Of a DNA stretch of 64,000 nt, positions 43,799 to 51,420 are shown piece by piece (within the stretch, counting starts at the first letter, position 1; the number at the start of each line of letters is the position of its first letter). The notes under the pieces were generated by a model. That model did no database searches and had not been told where the DNA came from. It saw only the letters and a program-made list of their open reading frames with translations. A program made the position numbers and the translations under genes. Source of the stretch: Oscillospiraceae bacterium (lineage in GTDB: Bacteria > Bacillota > Clostridia > Oscillospirales > Ruminococcaceae); NCBI GenBank assembly GCA_009781425.1, contig WQYC01000006.1, positions 7,796-71,795 of the forward strand. Reading direction: 5' to 3'.

Positions 43799-45067
43799 AT
43801 GGCGAAAGCTGATATTAATAAAATCTTGACACAACCGAATAATTACCGCGTTGTAGTTAAGGATAGAATCGCTGAAATCACAGGCGGAAACCTCTTCGAC
43901 TGTGAAAGCAGTAATCCTGCAATAGCTTCCGTTAGCATTACAGGCGGGAGCGCGAGAGTTACGGGTAAAAAGGCGGGAACTGCCGCTATAGCTCTCGGGA
44001 GCAACCGCGGAATCGTCACGGTATATAATTATCAGGTCAGCGACCCTGACCTGATAAAAGAATATACTTTAAAGCAAGGCGGCGAGGTTCTTTTCGGCGA
44101 CGTCGGGGAAACTAAAGCGAGTCCTGTAAGCGTCCTTCCCGCTTCGGCGTATAATACAATCGCGTGGGAATCGCTCGACACAGACATCGTAACAGCCGCG
44201 CAAAACGGAAATATAACCGCAACAGGAAAAGGCTCTGCGATAGTTTTAGGGAGGTTCACAGATACCTGGGGTGTTGAAAGAGATGTTCATATTTTAGCGA
44301 CTGCGGGCGAATGTAAATACGACTGTCCCGATTGTGACGGCGGCGGAGATGAAGACAAGCCGATTTCTGATAAGCCCGACGCGTCGGACGGCGATAAGCT
44401 TGACACCGCGCACACAGGCGACTCCGAGGACTGGTTTGAAATTGCGAGAAACGGCGATTATTCCTTAATCATGCGCTCAAAGTTTATCAGCACCTATGAC
44501 GGGCATTACGACGACCCTGCGTGGCAGAACACCGACTACGGCACTACGAATGTCTACAGGGATTCAAGAGTTCGCAGAGCTATAAACGCATGGTGGAACG
44601 GAACCGCTCCGGGCGTAGCCGATAAGCTTCCCGCCGGCGCAAGAGTGCGTCAATTTACAATGCAAAACGATGCAGTAAATGTTCTCGGCACAGGTGACAG
44701 GGATTCGGGAGGACTCGAAAACGGCTTCAGCAAGCCGAGCCGCACAAGTATTCCGTCAGGCTCGGAGGACGTCGCGTTTGCACTCAGCTTCACCGAAGCG
44801 GCGAATTTCATTTCAAAAAGCTATTCCACAAACGGAACAGGCGCGACACAAAACAGCAATACGATTGCTGTCAGAAACTTTGAAAAGTTGATTATGCCTG
44901 CAGATAAGCCCTACGGCTTTTGGCTTCGCACACCGAGCGAAACCGTTTCGGCGGGGGGAGCGGTTGACTTAACAGGCAGAGCGTTCCAGTTCCATATATC
45001 CTCGGCAAACGAACAAGGGCTTGTATACCCCGCATTATGGGTGAAGACAGCGATTTTCAACTTTTAA
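43799..45067 (+). CDS. protein with two Big_2-like Ig domains, a Cys cluster and a C-terminal FWLRTP-type domain; no signal peptide
   Basis: 422 aa. Big_2-like segments SSNPAIASVSITGGSARVTGKKAGTAAI and SLDTDIVTAAQNGNITATGKGSAIV. Cys cluster CKYDCPDC. The C-terminal domain is reminiscent of DUF6273 (unverified). RBS AGGAGG. Confidence 0.65.
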   Translation: MAKADINKILTQPNNYRVVVKDRIAEITGGNLFDCESSNPAIASVSITGGSARVTGKKAGTAAIALGSNRGIVTVYNYQVSDPDLIKEYTLKQGGEVLFGDVGETKASPVSVLPASAYNTIAWESLDTDIVTAAQNGNITATGKGSAIVLGRFTDTWGVERDVHILATAGECKYDCPDCDGGGDEDKPISDKPDASDGDKLDTAHTGDSEDWFEIARNGDYSLIMRSKFISTYDGHYDDPAWQNTDYGTTNVYRDSRVRRAINAWWNGTAPGVADKLPAGARVRQFTMQNDAVNVLGTGDRDSGGLENGFSKPSRTSIPSGSEDVAFALSFTEAANFISKSYSTNGTGATQNSNTIAVRNFEKLIMPADKPYGFWLRTPSETVSAGGAVDLTGRAFQFHISSANEQGLVYPALWVKTAIFNF

Positions 45068-45104
45068 TTTTCAGTTCAACTAACCCTTCAAGCCGAAGGG
45101 TTAG

Positions 45105-45133
45105 TTGACGTTTTGAGGGAAATATGCTATAAT
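45105..45133 (+). promoter_or_regulatory. sigma-A promoter of the antiporter gene (probable leaderless mRNA)
   Basis: TTGACG (45105-45110), 17-nt spacer, TATAAT (45128-45133). The ATG at 45140 is only 6 nt beyond the -10 box, with no SD sequence. Confidence 0.55.
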
Positions 45134-45139
45134 GTAAAT

Positions 45140-46339
45140 ATGGATAGTAATATTATTTTAGTTTTCGCGCTGATTTTATTCGCTACTAAATTCTGCGGAA
45201 TCTTAACACGGCGGCTTCATCTGCCGCAGGTGGTCGGTGCGCTGTTAGCGGGAATAATCTTAGGACCGTCGGTTCTCGGACTCGCACAGCCGAGCGAAAC
45301 GCTGACCGTAATCGCGGAGCTCGGCGTGATTGTGCTTTTATTTTCGGCGGGAATGGAGATGGATTTCAAGCAGTTCAAAGCCCTGCTTCGTCCGTCATTA
45401 TTAATCGCGGTTCTCGGGATTTCGCTCGCTGTCGGCGGCGGATTCCTTGCCGCTTATGTAACAGGACTGCCGCCTTTTGAGAGCTTTTTCATCGGCGTTG
45501 TAATTGCTTCTACGTCTACGAGCATTACTGTTGAAGCCTTGCAGGAAATGGGCAAGCTTAAAACAAAGTCGGGTTCTGCGCTTTTAAGCACAGCAGTAAT
45601 CGACGATATTCTCGGAATCATTCTGCTTTCGGTTGTGCTGGGAATCGGCGGCGGTGCCGAAAATAGTGAATTCAGCATTTTTTCCGCGGGAATAATTCTG
45701 CTCAAAATCATCGCGTTCTTCGGCTTTGCATTTATTTGCGGTTTTATTATGAATAAGCTGCTCAGTATAATCCGCAACCGCTCGGGCGAGAGCAGGCGGC
45801 TGTCGATTTTCGCGCTTGCGTTCTGCTTTCTTATGGCGTATCTCGCGGAACAATTCGGCTTGGCGGACATTGCGGGGGCATTTATCGCGGGTGTGGCGTT
45901 TTGCAATACGCGCTACGTTGAATATCTTGAAAAGAACACACACGTGCTTTCCTATATGTTTTTGTCACCTGTTTTCTTTGCGAGCATCGGCATAAACATG
46001 GTGCTTGACGGGTTTGATTCGAGTATGCTCCTGTTCGCGGGGCTGCTGCTTTCGGCGGCTGTGCTTTCTAAGCTTATCGGGTGCGGCTTGGGTGCAAAGC
46101 TGTGCAGATTTAAAAACAGCGAGTGCTTTCAAATCGGCGCGGGAATGGTAACTCGCGGCGAGGTTTCGATTATCGTCGCAAGCAAAGGAATCGCCGCCGG
46201 AATCATGGAAGCAGAGCTGTTCTCGGGAATAATAATAGCGGTGATTGTCACGGTTTTGATTGCGCCGGTACTTTTGAAGTTAGTTTTCACCGATAAATTT
46301 ATAAAGCTTGCAGATAAAACAAAAACGGATTTGACTTGA
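45140..46339 (+). CDS. cation:proton antiporter (CPA2/Kef-type membrane domain)
   Basis: Start trimmed to ATG 45140 (MDSNIILVFALILFATKFCGILTRRLHLPQVVGALLAGIILGP, a typical family N-terminus). About 12 TM helices. Confidence 0.85.
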   Translation: MDSNIILVFALILFATKFCGILTRRLHLPQVVGALLAGIILGPSVLGLAQPSETLTVIAELGVIVLLFSAGMEMDFKQFKALLRPSLLIAVLGISLAVGGGFLAAYVTGLPPFESFFIGVVIASTSTSITVEALQEMGKLKTKSGSALLSTAVIDDILGIILLSVVLGIGGGAENSEFSIFSAGIILLKIIAFFGFAFICGFIMNKLLSIIRNRSGESRRLSIFALAFCFLMAYLAEQFGLADIAGAFIAGVAFCNTRYVEYLEKNTHVLSYMFLSPVFFASIGINMVLDGFDSSMLLFAGLLLSAAVLSKLIGCGLGAKLCRFKNSECFQIGAGMVTRGEVSIIVASKGIAAGIMEAELFSGIIIAVIVTVLIAPVLLKLVFTDKFIKLADKTKTDLT

Positions 46340-46355
46340 ATCAAATCCGTTTTTG
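46321..46355. terminator. bidirectional rho-independent terminator
   Basis: AACGGATTTGA-cttgaa-TCAAATCCGTT flanked by an A-run and a T-run, between convergent genes. Confidence 0.7.
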
Positions 46356-46362
46356 ATTTTGT

Positions 46363-48057
46363 TTATTTTAGTTTAAACTGTGCTACCAAGTCTTCTAACA
46401 TCGCCGACTGCCCGCTCATTTCTTCGCTTGCCGCCGCGCTTTCCTCCGCTGTCGCGCTGTTCTGTTGAATTACCTGTGTGACCTGATTGAGCCCTATGTT
46501 AATCTGCTCAACCGCCGACGACTGCTCCTCTGAAGACGTCGCGATTTCTGCGACGATTCGCGAGCTTTCGTTAATCCCTTCAACGATTTCCGTAAGGCTC
46601 GCGGCGGTTTCCTGTGCGATTCTTGCGCCGAGCTCGGCTTTTTCCATCGAGTTCGCAATCAAGCCGCCTGTGTCCTTCGCGGCTTCCGCGGACTTCGCTG
46701 CAAGATTACGCACCTCCTCCGCGACAACAGCGAAGCCCTTGCCGTGCTGACCTGCTCTCGCGGCTTCAACTGCGGCGTTGAGCGCTAAGATATTCGTCTG
46801 GAACGCTATGTCGTCGATAACCTTGATTACCTTGTTAATACTCTGGCTCGCTTGATTAATTTCATTTACAGCCGACATCATTTCGTCCATTTGGCGGCTT
46901 CCTGTCTCGGCTTTATTTTTAATTGAATTGGCGAGCTCAGCGGCTTTCCCTGCTTTTTCGGCGTTGTTCTTGGTTTTCTCCGAAATATCGGAGACAGAAG
47001 CAGAAAGCTCTTCAACCGCCGCCGCCTGCTGTGTTGAGCCGGAGGCTAACGCCTGCGAGCTGTCTGCGATTTGCTTCGCGCCTGTTGAAACCTGCCCTGT
47101 TGAGCTGTTTATTTCGCCGAACATATTACAAAGGCTGTCTACTGTTTTCTTTAGTGAAACACCCATAGTATCTCTGTCTGAGAGGATTTTTACGTTAACA
47201 GTCAGGTCGCCGCTTGCAACGGTTTCAAGCTCTTTTGAGCTTTCTGCTACGTGGTTAATAAAAGTCGAGCAAGCCCCGATACACTGCCCGAGCTCGTCTT
47301 TGCTCTGCGCGTATTCATTAATAGCTTGAACCTCCTCCGGTTCAAGCGTGATGTCGCCTGTTGAGCCCGCTTTTTTCATGAACGCGGTCAGCACCAACAG
47401 CGGCTTGCTGATTAAGCCCGAAATATAAAACGCGATGAACACCGCGAAACCGAGCGCAAGCGCAAGCACAGTGATAATTGCAACAAGCAGGCGGTCAGCT
47501 AATTTGCTTGCATTATGCGACGCGTCCGCCGCTACGTCGATTTTCATTTGCAAGCAGATATCGAAGTTTTCGACTATTTTATTTGTGGCTTCGGTGTATT
47601 GGCGCATTAGTGCGTATAAATCCGACGGGTCTTCGCCGCTTTTCGCGCCGTTGTAAATTAAATCAATGCACTCTCTGAAGTCGTTGCTGTACAAATTGCG
47701 CGCTTCGTCGAAAAGCCGAATCGCTTCGGGTGCTCTGATAGTGGCGTAATACGCTTCCATGCTCGCGTACATGACGGGGCGGTACGTTTCGACCCGATTG
47801 TAAGCGTCCTCGATTAAATCCATGTCGCCTACAGCCGCACCGATAATAAACTCACGCATACACGCACGCATACGCTGAAGCATTTCTACGGTTTTCCCAA
47901 GCTCGGGCATAGGCACGGTCTGCATTGTGTACATATCGTCGAACGACGAGTCAATCGTGCGCATACCGACGATACCGACGAGTCCTACTATTGCAGTGAA
48001 CGCCGCAACGATTAAAAAGCTTGTGATTAGCTTCTTAGCTACCTTCATGTTTTTCAT
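46363..48057 (-). CDS. methyl-accepting chemotaxis protein (4-helix-bundle sensor, HAMP, MCP signalling domain)
   Basis: 564 aa. Two TM helices, HAMP, conserved hairpin [37 protein letters not shown]. Confidence 0.9.
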   Translation of the reverse strand: MKNMKVAKKLITSFLIVAAFTAIVGLVGIVGMRTIDSSFDDMYTMQTVPMPELGKTVEMLQRMRACMREFIIGAAVGDMDLIEDAYNRVETYRPVMYASMEAYYATIRAPEAIRLFDEARNLYSNDFRECIDLIYNGAKSGEDPSDLYALMRQYTEATNKIVENFDICLQMKIDVAADASHNASKLADRLLVAIITVLALALGFAVFIAFYISGLISKPLLVLTAFMKKAGSTGDITLEPEEVQAINEYAQSKDELGQCIGACSTFINHVAESSKELETVASGDLTVNVKILSDRDTMGVSLKKTVDSLCNMFGEINSSTGQVSTGAKQIADSSQALASGSTQQAAAVEELSASVSDISEKTKNNAEKAGKAAELANSIKNKAETGSRQMDEMMSAVNEINQASQSINKVIKVIDDIAFQTNILALNAAVEAARAGQHGKGFAVVAEEVRNLAAKSAEAAKDTGGLIANSMEKAELGARIAQETAASLTEIVEGINESSRIVAEIATSSEEQSSAVEQINIGLNQVTQVIQQNSATAEESAAASEEMSGQSAMLEDLVAQFKLK

Positions 48058-48206
48058 ATTGCATATCTCCTGTAATTATTTTAAATACTATACTATATTA
48101 TATTGCAATGAGCCGTTTTATGTTATTCGACATATTTTTTATTTGTATCACTTGCAATAATAGCGAAAATATGTTATACTTTTCAAAACCGCAAAAGGAG
48201 ACTTTC

Positions 48207-48764
48207 ATGAAATATATTGCATTAGTTGTTATAATCGCGGTGGCTCTGCTGCTCGCTTCCTGCAGTGAACAGCCTGCGCTTAGCGAACCTGAGCCTGCTC
48301 CCGAAGCTGTTCTTGCTGAAGCTGAAACCGATTCGCTTTATTTTGCTCTGCCGTATGAATTTTCTGCTGTTGATATTTACGGGAACGCGTTAACTGCGGA
48401 GGCTCTCGGCGAAAAGCGAGCGTTCTTCCTGCATTTATGGGCGACGTGGTGCGGGCCCTGCGTGCGGGGAATGCCCGACATGGCGGAAATCTCGCGGGAT
48501 TACGGCGATGACGTGGGTTTTATCGGACTGCTTCTTGATTATGATTCAAACGCGGACGGCGCGGTTAACATTATCGAATCTGCGGGCGTCCCCGATTGGT
48601 TCATCATGATTGACGCGAACGAGCCGAGCGCGGCACCTCTGCTTGAAATAGTCAGAACAGGCTTTGTGCCTTCTTCTGCAATAATTACAAAAGACAATCA
48701 TTTCCCCGAGCCGCTCAGCGGCAGAAATTACGCAGAAATTCTTGATGAAATTCTCGGTTATTAG
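48207..48764 (+). CDS. TlpA/thioredoxin-like disulfide reductase lipoprotein
   Basis: Start trimmed to ATG 48207 after AAAGGAG. Lipobox LLASC. Active site WATWCGPC. Confidence 0.8.
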   Translation: MKYIALVVIIAVALLLASCSEQPALSEPEPAPEAVLAEAETDSLYFALPYEFSAVDIYGNALTAEALGEKRAFFLHLWATWCGPCVRGMPDMAEISRDYGDDVGFIGLLLDYDSNADGAVNIIESAGVPDWFIMIDANEPSAAPLLEIVRTGFVPSSAIITKDNHFPEPLSGRNYAEILDEILGY

Positions 48765-48775
48765 AGGTGGTTACT

Positions 48776-48916
48776 TTGAATAAGATTATGATTTTACGGG
48801 CTTTGCTTTTAACCTTCGGCGTGATTTTAATCGCGCTCGGAATCTTACGCGGCGAGCTTGACACTATATTGCAAAAAGGTGCAGTAATCTGCCTCGAATG
48901 TATAGGAATAGGATAA
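48776..48916 (+). CDS. small CXXC membrane mini-protein (CD1871A-like), 46 aa, absent from the ORF track
   Basis: TTG start 6 nt after AGAGGTGG (alternative ATG at 48788). Translates (M)NKIMILRALLLTFGVILIALGILRGELDTILQKGAVICLECIGIG. Its stop overlaps the next start (TAATG). Confidence 0.6.
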   Translation: MNKIMILRALLLTFGVILIALGILRGELDTILQKGAVICLECIGIG

Positions 48917-49752
48917 TGAAAAAAATACTCGGCGTCCCGAAACGCCTGTTGATTCAGCTTTGTTTTTTTCTGCTTCAGAATCCGTTGCTCGGAAATTTTT
49001 TCAAAGGCAGGATTTATCAAGGCGAGTTCAAAAAAGTCTGCACGCCCGGCTTGAACTGCTATTCTTGTCCTGCGGCGGTGACCTCCTGCCCTGTGGGTGC
49101 GTTTCAGCTTTTTCTCGGCGGCGCGAAGCATAATTTTAATAATATAAGCTTCTTTGTTGCGGGGTTTTTATTAGCAACCGGAGCTGTTTTCGGGCGGTTT
49201 ATTTGCGGATATGTCTGCCCGTTCGGGCTGTTTCAGGACTTGCTGTACAAAATAAAAACGCCTAAGCTTAAACCGCGCTTCAAATACGCGCGCTACATAA
49301 AATACGTAGTTCTCGCGCTGTTTGTGATTATTCTGCCGTATATAATCCGCTGTGAATTATCGGGGCTCGGCTCGCCGTGGTTCTGCGAATATATCTGCCC
49401 TGCGGGAACTATTTTCGGCGCGACTCCGCTGCTTGCGGCTAATGAGCTTCTGCGTTCTCTGCTCGGCTGGCGTTTTATTTTAAAAGCGGCGATTGCGCTC
49501 GCGGTTATTGTTTCTTCTGTTTTTGTTTTTCGTATTTTCTGCCGCGTGCTTTGTCCGCTTGGCGCGATTTACTCGCTGTTCAACAGGTTCGCGGTTTTCA
49601 AAATTAACTGCGATAAAAATAAATGCACCTCCTGCGGAGACTGCCGCGAAGCCTGCAAGGTACTGCTTGAACCTGCGGAAAAGCCGAATTCCCCCGAATG
49701 TATCCGTTGCAGGGAATGTGTAAGCTCGTGCAAATCTAAAGCGTTGAAATAA
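48916..49752 (+). CDS. membrane-bound 4Fe-4S binding protein (NapH/MauN-like)
   Basis: Start trimmed to ATG 48916. Four TM helices carrying CxxCP-type motifs (CPAAVTSCP, CGYVCPFG, CEYICPAG, CRVLCPLG). C-terminal 2x CxxCxxCxxxC-like ferredoxin motifs. Confidence 0.8.
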   Translation: MKKILGVPKRLLIQLCFFLLQNPLLGNFFKGRIYQGEFKKVCTPGLNCYSCPAAVTSCPVGAFQLFLGGAKHNFNNISFFVAGFLLATGAVFGRFICGYVCPFGLFQDLLYKIKTPKLKPRFKYARYIKYVVLALFVIILPYIIRCELSGLGSPWFCEYICPAGTIFGATPLLAANELLRSLLGWRFILKAAIALAVIVSSVFVFRIFCRVLCPLGAIYSLFNRFAVFKINCDKNKCTSCGDCREACKVLLEPAEKPNSPECIRCRECVSSCKSKALK

Positions 49753-49789
49753 AAACACCCTTGAAAGCTTCAAGGGTGTTTTGCTTATT

Positions 49790-51403
49790 TTAGTACCAAC
49801 CTTGCTTTTCGCTGAGTAACTGCCAGTAATCCTCCTGGTCGTACCATTCTAATTCCTCGATTGCATCGGCGTTGCTTGCCCAGTAGTCGGCAATCGGAAT
49901 TCTTCCTTGTAATATACGTTTGGTTTCGTGCCACGGGCCCCACATTTCTTCGTGAACCTCAATTTCGCGTTCAACCTCGATGTAATAATATCCGTCCTCT
50001 TCGTACTGAATATACATGATTTCGTAATTTGCATCATCTATGTTCGTTCTTGTTCTGAGCGTAAGCTCCCCGAACGTCCCCGAAGCAGTATCAAAGAAGA
50101 GCATACTCAAATCAACTTCATTGCTTGTCATCCAGTCGTCGTTGTTATAACGCATCATGGTCACTCTGCCGTCGCGCTCTTCGTTAATGAATAAGAATCC
50201 GTGTACATTCTCGGCGAGCACAGTGACCTCGCCTGTTCTGAGGTTAAGGCTTTTGAGTGCTTCTTCTCTGCGCGAGTGGAAAAAGATTTCGCCGTTTTCG
50301 GGAATGTTCCAGGTGTTGCCGGTGAAGCCGTCGCCCGTGTCGCTGAATATTTCGGTTCTCTGACCGGTTATGGGATTAAACGAGTACATTGAATTCTTTT
50401 GGTTGTTGTAGTAATCCATTTGGTCGTCGTCAGAGTGCCCCCACTGTGGGTAAGTCACTTCATTCACAAAGATTTGCCCGTCCCATAAGCCCATGACGTT
50501 AATGTAAGTGCTGTCTTTATCTTCTTCCCAAGGCTCACCCGCCCAAATTTCAGTCACGGTTTTGTTTTTGTAATCTACTTCGACCATCGCCTGCACACTG
50601 CTGTAGCCCCAGTCGTCTGTCTGAATCATTATATTCACGAGCATATACAGTCTTCCGTTCATGAGCCAGTTCTGACTCCACGAAATGTCGTACTTCTCGG
50701 GAAGGCTCATATATTCGGTTCTGCCGCTTCCGTCAAGCCCCAAACGATAGAAGGTGTTGCCGCTGTTGAGCGCATAGATATAGCCGTCGTCCACGAACAA
50801 GCACGAGCCGCCGCCCCAGCCGCCTCTGCGTGCTGAGAATCCCCACTGATTAAAGTCATCGGGGTCGGAGGGGTCGTCGGGCAGGAACGCGCCGCAGTCC
50901 TCCGAGTCATGCGGGCAGGTGACGCGGTTGCATAAAACCATGTCCTTGCCTGTCGCGCTGTCGATTATATGCACGAGGGTAATCGGCGCGGAATATTCCA
51001 TATCCATGCCCATACCGCCATACTCCATAGAAGTAACCGCGCGTCCGCCGCCGGAAACAACGCGACTGACGCCGCCTCCGCCATACGCCCCGTCCATTCC
51101 GGGCTGTACTGTGTTAACATAATACGCGCCGTGCTCCGTGACCCACATATCGGGGACGAGCAGCGATTCACCCGTAGCCGCGTCGGGTATAGCTGTTAGC
51201 TTCGTGAAGTCTGCCGTGCGGGGCGGCGGCGTCCACCAGTTGTTTTCGATTTCTTCCGCTTCTCTTTCCCGCGCGCTGATTACTTCCCGCGCTTCCTCAC
51301 CTACATCGTCGCCTGTGCCTGTTACTGCCGCGCCTTCTCCGCCGCAGCCCGTGAGCCCGAGAGCAAGCCCCGCAAGCAATAAAACAACCAATAATTTTTT
51401 CAT
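49790..51403 (-). CDS. lipoprotein of unknown function (beta-propeller-like composition)
   Basis: Start set at ATG 51403, 7 nt after GGAGG. Lipobox LTGCGG. Trp/Tyr/Asp-rich repeats. Contains GGGGVSRVVSGGG. Confidence 0.6.
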   Translation of the reverse strand: MKKLLVVLLLAGLALGLTGCGGEGAAVTGTGDDVGEEAREVISAREREAEEIENNWWTPPPRTADFTKLTAIPDAATGESLLVPDMWVTEHGAYYVNTVQPGMDGAYGGGGVSRVVSGGGRAVTSMEYGGMGMDMEYSAPITLVHIIDSATGKDMVLCNRVTCPHDSEDCGAFLPDDPSDPDDFNQWGFSARRGGWGGGSCLFVDDGYIYALNSGNTFYRLGLDGSGRTEYMSLPEKYDISWSQNWLMNGRLYMLVNIMIQTDDWGYSSVQAMVEVDYKNKTVTEIWAGEPWEEDKDSTYINVMGLWDGQIFVNEVTYPQWGHSDDDQMDYYNNQKNSMYSFNPITGQRTEIFSDTGDGFTGNTWNIPENGEIFFHSRREEALKSLNLRTGEVTVLAENVHGFLFINEERDGRVTMMRYNNDDWMTSNEVDLSMLFFDTASGTFGELTLRTRTNIDDANYEIMYIQYEEDGYYYIEVEREIEVHEEMWGPWHETKRILQGRIPIADYWASNADAIEELEWYDQEDYWQLLSEKQGWY

Positions 51404-51420
51404 AATAACCTCCATAAATT

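Noticed and set aside
45113-45139. N-terminal extensions given by the ORF track (45113, 39662, 48108, 48898, 2694, 12098, 35208, 51415, 63754).
   Set aside because: Each extension overlaps a promoter, terminator or upstream gene and lacks an RBS. An internal start with a good RBS gives a canonical N-terminus (signal peptide, lipobox or family-typical start).
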